Positions 54,752-64,000 of a DNA stretch of 64,000 nt are shown one piece after another. Position numbers and translations under genes: made by a program. Position 1 is the first letter of the stretch. Every line of letters starts with the position of its first letter. This DNA comes from Clostridia bacterium (lineage in GTDB: Bacteria > Bacillota > Clostridia > Christensenellales > DTU072): contig JAFXIQ010000041.1 in the NCBI GenBank assembly GCA_017533005.1, forward strand, positions 440-64,439. Direction: 5' to 3'. The notes below the pieces were generated by a model. The model made no database searches. It saw only the letters and a program-made list of their open reading frames with translations, and had not been told where the DNA came from.

Positions 54752-55081
54752 ATGGAAGATAAAAAATCATTCTCATTGTTAGTAGCTATAGTAAAAAGAG
54801 GTTATTCCGAAAGCGCCATGTCTGCAGCACGTGAAGCAGGCGCTCGCGGTGGAACGGTTTTTAACGCTCGTGGAACAGGCTCATTAGAAGCTCAAAAATT
54901 CCTAGGAGTGCCAATCGAACCTGAAAAAGAAGTCTTACTTATACTCGCAGAAAAGTCCGTAAGACAAGACATTATGCGCGCTATTTATAAGGAAGCAGGG
55001 CTAGAAACAAACGGCAACGGCATTGTTTTTGCACTCCCCGTTGAAGACGTCGTAGGCGCGTTTACAAAGTTCAATAATTAA
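54752..55081 (+). CDS. PII-like signal-transduction protein
   Basis: 109 aa. LLVAIVKRGYSESAMSAAREAGARGGTVFNARGTG ... GNGIVFALPVEDVVG. AAGGAG upstream. Confidence 0.75.
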   Translation: MEDKKSFSLLVAIVKRGYSESAMSAAREAGARGGTVFNARGTGSLEAQKFLGVPIEPEKEVLLILAEKSVRQDIMRAIYKEAGLETNGNGIVFALPVEDVVGAFTKFNN

Positions 55082-55097
55082 TCTATTTCATCTAACA

Positions 55098-55126
55098 AAG
55101 AAGGCACCCTATCGGGTGCCTTTCTT
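55098..55126. terminator. Bidirectional terminator between the PII genes and dhaK
   Basis: Stem AAGGCACCC pairs with GGGTGCCTT, loop TATC. Confidence 0.75.
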
Positions 55127-55141
55127 ATTCATAGAGATTGA

Positions 55142-56947
55142 TTATTTTTTGAAGTGGTTAGCGATTTCCGTGAAGATAACGCCTAGTCCGTATGCGCCTG
55201 CATCGGGATAGCCTTCACTATCGGTAACGCCTGCTCTTCCTAGTTTAGCTTGAATGAACTTGGTTGCTTCTGCGCCTTTAACAGCAGCTTTTGCACCTTC
55301 TATCATAGTCGTAAACATTGAAGCGCCTTTCTTTGCTAGTTCGGTAAACTTGTCAGCAGTGGGAACTAGAGCGTCAATCAAGGTCTTGTCGCCTACAACA
55401 GCGCCTTTGCCGAAGCTCTTTCTACCTGTTTCTTGAACACCAAATACTGCTTGTTGTAGTAGTTCAGCAAATTCTTTAACGGTGATTTCTTTCTTACCCA
55501 TAACTGCTTTACCTGCGTAACGGAATGCGCTACCCCAGATAGGACCAGATGCACCACCACAGTATTCCATAATGATTTCTGAACAGCTTACTAGGAATTC
55601 ACCAATGTCACCTTTTTTACGGGTTGCCCAGTCTTTCTTAAGTTGTTTGAAACCTTTTGCAATACTCATACCGAAGTCGCCGTCGCCACAACGGTCAGCT
55701 TTACAGAACGGAATTTCGTTCTCGATGATAACGTCTGCCATCTTTTCTACTATAGCACCCATACCTGCCGTATTGATAACGTCGCCAACAATAGCTTCGC
55801 CTTCAAATTCGTAGGTCTTGTTTTCATCTTCTATAACTGCTTTTTTTGCGCTAGCTTTGCTTTCTTGTTTAGCTGTGAAAGCACCAGGAGTGATGTTAAG
55901 AGCTTTTGCAAGAGCGTGAATAGCTTCTTGGCAAGCAAGAGCTTCTTGAGAAGCTGCGCCCCAAGTAATAGCAGGTGTTGCTACGGGGAAGTCAAGAAGT
56001 GCTTTAAGTTCAGCGTCAAGACGTAGAACTGAAATTGATGCGCCAGCCATATCGATAGAAGTCATATAGTTACCAACCATCGTCTTGTAGATTGATAGAC
56101 CTGCTGCTTCTAGAGCGTTAGAAACGTCATTGTTGAAGAGATATAGTTCTTGTAGAGGAGTGCCACCGAAACCGTTGATTAGAAGTGCTACTTCTTCACC
56201 AGCTTTTAGTGCTAAATCTTCAATGATATCGGGAACGATTCTCGTTGCAAGTTCTTTTGAAGATTGGATTTTTTCTCTCTTTCTACCTGGTTCGCCGTGG
56301 ATACCTACGCCGAATTCCATTTCATCATCACCGATTTCGAAAGTAGGAGTTCCTGCTGCGGGAACGGTACAAGAAGTGAATGCAAAACCAAAGCTACGAA
56401 CGTTATCGATAACTTTTTGTGCAACAGCTTTAACTTCTTGTAGAGAGCCACCTTTTTCTGCTAGAGCACCAGCGATTTTGTGAACAAATACGGTGCCTGC
56501 AACGCCACGACGGCCAACTGTGTAAAGGCTATCTTTAACAGCGATGTCATCGTTTACGTAAACAGCGTCAACTTCAATGCCGTCTTCTTTTGCAAGAGCT
56601 GCAGCATTGTTGAAGTTCATGCAGTCGCCAGAGTAGTTCTTAACAATCATAAGAGTACCCTTATTGCTTGCTGTAAGCTTAAGAGCGTTGTAAACTTGGA
56701 TTTGTGAAGGAGATGCAAAAACGTCGCCACATACTGCGCAATCTAGCATACCTGTGCCAACAAAGCCTGCGTGTGCAGGTTCGTGACCTGAACCACCACC
56801 GGAGATAAGAGTAACTTTTTCTTCGTTGATTTCTTTCTTTTTAACAACTTTGAATTTTTCTACGAATTCTAGTTCTGGATGAGCTTTTGCTAAACCATGA
56901 CACATATCGTAAACAAAACTTTCTGGTGTATTAATAATTTTTTTCAT
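55142..56947 (-). CDS. dhaK: Dihydroxyacetone kinase, fused DhaK-DhaL (Dak1+Dak2) type
   Basis: 601 aa. The N-terminal Dak1 domain has SGGGSGHEPAHAGFVG. The C-terminal Dak2 domain has DGDFG and GGASGP. Confidence 0.9.
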   Translation of the reverse strand: MKKIINTPESFVYDMCHGLAKAHPELEFVEKFKVVKKKEINEEKVTLISGGGSGHEPAHAGFVGTGMLDCAVCGDVFASPSQIQVYNALKLTASNKGTLMIVKNYSGDCMNFNNAAALAKEDGIEVDAVYVNDDIAVKDSLYTVGRRGVAGTVFVHKIAGALAEKGGSLQEVKAVAQKVIDNVRSFGFAFTSCTVPAAGTPTFEIGDDEMEFGVGIHGEPGRKREKIQSSKELATRIVPDIIEDLALKAGEEVALLINGFGGTPLQELYLFNNDVSNALEAAGLSIYKTMVGNYMTSIDMAGASISVLRLDAELKALLDFPVATPAITWGAASQEALACQEAIHALAKALNITPGAFTAKQESKASAKKAVIEDENKTYEFEGEAIVGDVINTAGMGAIVEKMADVIIENEIPFCKADRCGDGDFGMSIAKGFKQLKKDWATRKKGDIGEFLVSCSEIIMEYCGGASGPIWGSAFRYAGKAVMGKKEITVKEFAELLQQAVFGVQETGRKSFGKGAVVGDKTLIDALVPTADKFTELAKKGASMFTTMIEGAKAAVKGAEATKFIQAKLGRAGVTDSEGYPDAGAYGLGVIFTEIANHFKK

Positions 56948-57019
56948 TTATAACTGTCCTCCGTTATATTATGGTTGCCTGCTAATCCTAGCAGGCAACC
57001 TACATGGTGTTTTATTTAA

Positions 57020-58171
57020 TTATTCGCAATCACAGCAACCGTATCTGAAGTCGTAACCAATCTTGTCTGCGGTCTTAATAGCTGCAGCAACCATATCTAC
57101 TGTTACAGGGAATGGCATATTGTGAACTGATTCTTCTGGAATGCAGGTCTTTTCTGCAATAGCTTTGAGCATTTCGTCGTCGATTTCATCGGTGCCGATA
57201 TCTTTCAAGCAAACGGGTAGGCCTACTGTGTCACAGAAGTTGAGAACTTCGTATAGTTCTTCTTCGGGGCTGTTTTCTAGAACTAGTTGGCAAAGAGTTC
57301 CGAATGCAACCATTTCACCGTGGAAGTATTTGGTGTGTGAAGGAAGAAGTGTTAGACCATCGTGGATAGCGTGAGCTGCTGCTAGACCAGCACTTTCAAA
57401 TCCAAGACCAGATAGAAGAATGTTGGTTTCGATGATGTTTTCTAGAGCGGTTGTAACAACGTTGTTGTCGCAGGCTGCTTTTGCTTTTGCGCCGTCTGAT
57501 AGAAGTGTTTCGTAGCAAAGTTTTGCCATAGCGTATGCTGCCATCGTTCCACCAGCTAGTAGAGTGCCTTTAGCGCGGTTAGCTCCGCAAGGTAGACCTG
57601 CGTTAACGTTTGCATAAGATTGAACGTTTGCACGTGCTTCGAAATAAGTAGCTAGAGCGTCACCCATACCTGATACTAGGAAGCGTGAAGGAGCGTTAGC
57701 GATAACTGTTGTATCGATAAGAACTACGCTTGGGCTTTGTCTGAAGTATGCATAGTCATCAAAGTGATGGTCGTCTGTATAAAGAACTGCACTGTGAGAA
57801 GTAGGAGCGTCTGTAGCTGCAATTGTGGGGCAGATGATTAGGTTTGAGCCAGCAGCAACGCATTTTGCTGTATCGATAGCTTTTCCGCCACCTAGACCAA
57901 TTGTACATGCACATTTGTTAGCTTTTGCAAAGTCTTGTAGTGCTTTAACGGTAGTACGTGAACATTCACCTTTGAAGATGTCGCCACTTGAAACAAGGGT
58001 GATACCATATTTAGCTTGGGTAGCATCTAGTTTAGCTTGAACACGTGCAATATCTGCAGGGTGTGCAATTAATAGTGCTTTTTTACCAAAGGTTTTTACA
58101 AAATAACCTAGATTTAGAAGTTCGTCTTCACCTTGAACGTACTTTGTTGGGCAAATAAATGCTTTTCTCAT
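57020..58171 (-). CDS. gldA: Glycerol dehydrogenase (iron/zinc-type ADH family) with short Cys-rich C-terminal extension
   Basis: 383 aa. GLGGGKAIDTAK, metal-ligand region AAAHAIHDG and HGEMVAFG. It ends ...GYDFRYGCCDCE. Confidence 0.9.
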   Translation of the reverse strand: MRKAFICPTKYVQGEDELLNLGYFVKTFGKKALLIAHPADIARVQAKLDATQAKYGITLVSSGDIFKGECSRTTVKALQDFAKANKCACTIGLGGGKAIDTAKCVAAGSNLIICPTIAATDAPTSHSAVLYTDDHHFDDYAYFRQSPSVVLIDTTVIANAPSRFLVSGMGDALATYFEARANVQSYANVNAGLPCGANRAKGTLLAGGTMAAYAMAKLCYETLLSDGAKAKAACDNNVVTTALENIIETNILLSGLGFESAGLAAAHAIHDGLTLLPSHTKYFHGEMVAFGTLCQLVLENSPEEELYEVLNFCDTVGLPVCLKDIGTDEIDDEMLKAIAEKTCIPEESVHNMPFPVTVDMVAAAIKTADKIGYDFRYGCCDCE

Positions 58172-58228
58172 ATTATATTACTCCTTTATAAAAAATTTCT
58201 AAATTTGAGTGTTAGACACTATAAAAAT

Positions 58229-58257
58229 ATTATAATTCCAAATACTGGTAATGTCAA
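58229..58257 (-). promoter_or_regulatory. Promoter of gldA-dhaK
   Basis: Minus strand: TTGACA (58257-58252), 17 nt, TATAAT (58234-58229). The palindrome AGTGT-TAG-ACACT at 58208-58220 lies at the start of the leader. Confidence 0.6.
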
Positions 58258-58456
58258 TACCCGATTTTCGCCATTTTTACAAAAATTAGTAAAACTTTTC
58301 TTGAATTTCGAGTTTTTTGCTCCTCACAAGCACTCAAAAATGCATTTTTGAGCAAAAAATTCTTTCAAAATTAAATTTTTACTTTATTCGACTTTTTCCG
58401 TAATCAATATAATATTGTCGCGCGCGTGCGCGCGTCCCCTATCAATATTTTGCAAT

Positions 58457-58487
58457 AAAAAAAGGCGTAGAAAATCTACGCCTTTTT
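58457..58487. terminator. Terminator after PFOR (bidirectional geometry)
   Basis: Stem GGCGTAG (58464-58470) pairs with CTACGCC (58476-58482), flanked by an A run and a T run. Confidence 0.75.
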
Positions 58488-58501
58488 GTGCTAAAAATTA
58501 A

Positions 58502-62110
<3,609 letters not shown>

Positions 62111-62123
62111 CTACGCGTAATTT

Positions 62124-62149
62124 AAAAAGCACCCTATAGGGTGCCTTTT
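62124..62149 (-). terminator. Terminator after the alpha/beta hydrolase
   Basis: Stem GCACCC pairs with GGGTGC, loop TATA. A U run follows on the minus strand. Confidence 0.7.
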
Positions 62150-62162
62150 AACTAGCCTTAAT

Positions 62163-63143
62163 TTATGCACTGTACTTATCTAAAAACTCACCTATTGCTT
62201 TTTCGTACGCTTCGGTATCGGTGAAATAGCTTTGTGCGTGACCTGCGCTCTCAACTATGAGTTGGTTTTTAGGTGCGGTACAAGCGGAATAAACCGCGTT
62301 ACACATATAAGTGGGAACAAATCTGTCTTTGCCACCGTGAATGAATAAAATCGGAACCGATGACGATGCAACCGACTTAAACGGATTGGGTTGTCTCCAA
62401 CCGTACTTAGCGTAGTTACGGCAAAATAGGTTAGCGATATCAAGAATGGGGAATGGCGCAAGGTTCATAAATTGCTTGATTTGATAATCAACAACGTCCC
62501 ATGCTCTCGTGAAACCAGAATCTTCTATAACGCCCTTTACGTTCAAGGGTAGTTCGTCCATACCCGTTGCAATCATAGCGGCAGATGCGCCCGTTGAAAT
62601 ACCGTATAGGAATATTTCGCCATCGGGTATTCTAGCATTGAGTGCTTCCGTCCATTTGATAACGTCGAAACGGTCGATAGTGCCTAGTCCTAAATACTTG
62701 CCTTCACTGCAACCTTGTCCACGTAATGAAACAAGTAAAAGGTTAAAACCTTTGCTACGCAAAAACGGTGCGATAGCTGCAAAATCAGTAATAGGATTGG
62801 AATTATAACCATGCAAACAAACAATCGTCTTTTTCGTTTCGCCTTCCGTTGCAGGAACAAAATATGCGTGTAATTTGAGAAGGTCGGCTGACGTAATCGT
62901 CATTTCTTCTTTTTGCACGTCTGCAAAAGCAATCTCTTTCTCTTGACTAAATTTGACAAAGTCGTTGAAATTCTCGCCCATTAGCTTACGGAAAGGATTA
63001 TTGCTTGCAATCGTATGTTTGTTAGAACGCTTAACGATAGTGCGGAAAATATCGTATCCTATTCCAAAGAAGATACAAATTATAATTCCGCATGCTACAA
63101 CTACAGAACCAATTGCTATTCCTACGATTTCGGCTACTGACAT
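62163..63143 (-). CDS. Alpha/beta-fold hydrolase with N-terminal TM anchor
   Basis: 326 aa. Hydrophobic N-terminus and nucleophile elbow GISTGAS. C-terminal HGGKD and GHA regions fit an Asp/His triad. Confidence 0.75.
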   Translation of the reverse strand: MSVAEIVGIAIGSVVVACGIIICIFFGIGYDIFRTIVKRSNKHTIASNNPFRKLMGENFNDFVKFSQEKEIAFADVQKEEMTITSADLLKLHAYFVPATEGETKKTIVCLHGYNSNPITDFAAIAPFLRSKGFNLLLVSLRGQGCSEGKYLGLGTIDRFDVIKWTEALNARIPDGEIFLYGISTGASAAMIATGMDELPLNVKGVIEDSGFTRAWDVVDYQIKQFMNLAPFPILDIANLFCRNYAKYGWRQPNPFKSVASSSVPILFIHGGKDRFVPTYMCNAVYSACTAPKNQLIVESAGHAQSYFTDTEAYEKAIGEFLDKYSA

Positions 63144-63261
63144 AACTGTCTCCTACCTAAATTGAATTATTATCAATAGTATTATACAAGTAAACTCAAA
63201 AATTGTAAAGCAAAAATACTTGTTTTAGGCTACCAAAGCCCATATCTTTATGCTTTTTTGC

Positions 63262-63288
63262 AAAAAAATAGAACCTTATCGGTCCTAT
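63262..63288 (-). terminator. Terminator after yerC-like gene
   Basis: Minus-strand stem AUAGGACC pairs with GGUUCUAU (one G-U pair), followed by UUUUUUU. Confidence 0.6.
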
Positions 63289-63295
63289 TTAGTGA

Positions 63296-63571
63296 TTATT
63301 CTTTATCGAACAATTTCTTGTATCCTTCTCCGTATTGCAACGAACGACTGACTCTACTTAACGTTGCCGAAGAAATATCCGTAGCACTTATAACCTGCGC
63401 ATACGTCTTGCCGTCATGAAGCATTTTTGCAGCTATAATGCGTTGAGCCATCTTCTCTACTTCTTGATACGTACACAAGTCTTCAAAAAACTTCTCGCAT
63501 TCTTCTACGTTATCAAGAGCGATTATAGCTTCATAAAGTTCCTTTATCATATCCTTAGTTATCTTTGTCAT
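63296..63571 (-). CDS. yerC: YerC/YecD-family TrpR-like protein
   Basis: 91 aa. ...CEKFFEDLCTYQEVEKMAQRIIAAKML..G.TY..I...T..S.ATLSRVSRSL.YG. Confidence 0.8.
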   Translation of the reverse strand: MTKITKDMIKELYEAIIALDNVEECEKFFEDLCTYQEVEKMAQRIIAAKMLHDGKTYAQVISATDISSATLSRVSRSLQYGEGYKKLFDKE

Positions 63572-63573
63572 CG

Positions 63574-64000
63574 TTAAATTCCCTCGTTAGATTTTTGCAA
63601 GAAAGCTTGCGTTTTTAGGCTCTTTGGGTTGCCAAATACTTCTTCTGGGGTTCCTTCTTCTTCAATTATGCCGTCAGCCATAAATATGACCTTATCTGCT
63701 ACGCTACGAGCAAATTCCATTTCGTGCGTGACTACTATCATTGTGCTATCTGCAGATTTGAGTCCTTTAATAACCTTAAGAACTTCTCCCGTTAATTCGG
63801 GGTCCAATGCGGACGTAGGCTCATCAAAACATAGTATGTCAGGGTTGAGTGCAAGCGCACGAGCTATTGCAACACGTTGACATTGACCACCGGACAATTC
63901 ACACGGATAGTTATTGATTTTTTCCGAAAGTCCTACTTTCTCAATAAGCTCAAGAGCCTTTTCCTTATTCTCTTGATAAATTGTTTCTAACGCTTTCTTG
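63574..64000 (-). CDS. Amino-acid ABC transporter ATP-binding protein, C-terminal part (N-terminus beyond the right edge)
   Basis: The track start at 63897 is the TTG of LSGGQ. My upstream translation stays open to the edge (...KALELIEKVGLSEKINNYPCELSGGQCQRVAIARAL...[12 protein letters not shown]). Confidence 0.85.
   Translation of the reverse strand, partial: KKALETIYQENKEKALELIEKVGLSEKINNYPCELSGGQCQRVAIARALALNPDILCFDEPTSALDPELTGEVLKVIKGLKSADSTMIVVTHEMEFARSVADKVIFMADGIIEEEGTPEEVFGNPKSLKTQAFLQKSNEGI

Overview
This is a dense 64-kb chromosomal segment from a low-GC, Gram-positive, Clostridia-like anaerobe, a call made from gene content and codon usage only. I support about 62 protein genes. 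I found no rRNA, tRNA, CRISPR array, transposase or integrase. Gene content by region:
- 1-26.9 kb is almost entirely minus-strand housekeeping. It carries an hfs-like hydrogenase-sensor triad cut by the left edge, then nadE, ung, a thrC-trpS operon, prfA, a DUF1385-prmC fusion, rpmE, murC, spoVG, trxB, rplM-rpsI and truA-ecfTA2A1. A cobalamin riboswitch sits in front of a DUF4430 gene plus an ECF S-component.
- 27-39.5 kb holds aroC, an SDR, catalase, a GH2 hydrolase, an amino-acid ABC transporter, a BspA-type LRR lipoprotein, tcdA and a HAD phosphatase.
- 39.8-46.2 kb holds an htrA-response regulator-histidine kinase operon, ppa, mscL, an HD hydrolase and an unknown protein.
- 46.3-50.2 kb is a GH2-sialidase-nanA operon.
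- 50.3-55.1 kb is a P-type ATPase translationally coupled to a duplicated DUF1538 membrane protein and two PII-like proteins.
- 55.1-64 kb holds dhaK, gldA, PFOR, an alpha/beta hydrolase, yerC and a partial ABC ATPase.

Most interesting observations:
1. The ATPase-DUF1538-PII-PII operon looks like an uncharacterised regulated transport module.
2. A DUF5685 gene is paired with a J-like protein that has no HPD motif and ends in a cysteine string.
3. An ArsR/SmtB regulator lies divergent from a 55-aa Cys/Asn-rich tandem hydrophobic peptide.
4. Alternating (CG)n tracts sit at the same place in the spacers of several otherwise AT-rich consensus promoters. Three of these promoters lie only 6-9 nt from the ATG, which implies leaderless mRNAs.
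5. An orphan structured intergenic RNA candidate carries a CCCUCCUCC motif.

All functional calls come from reading motifs by eye. No database search was run.
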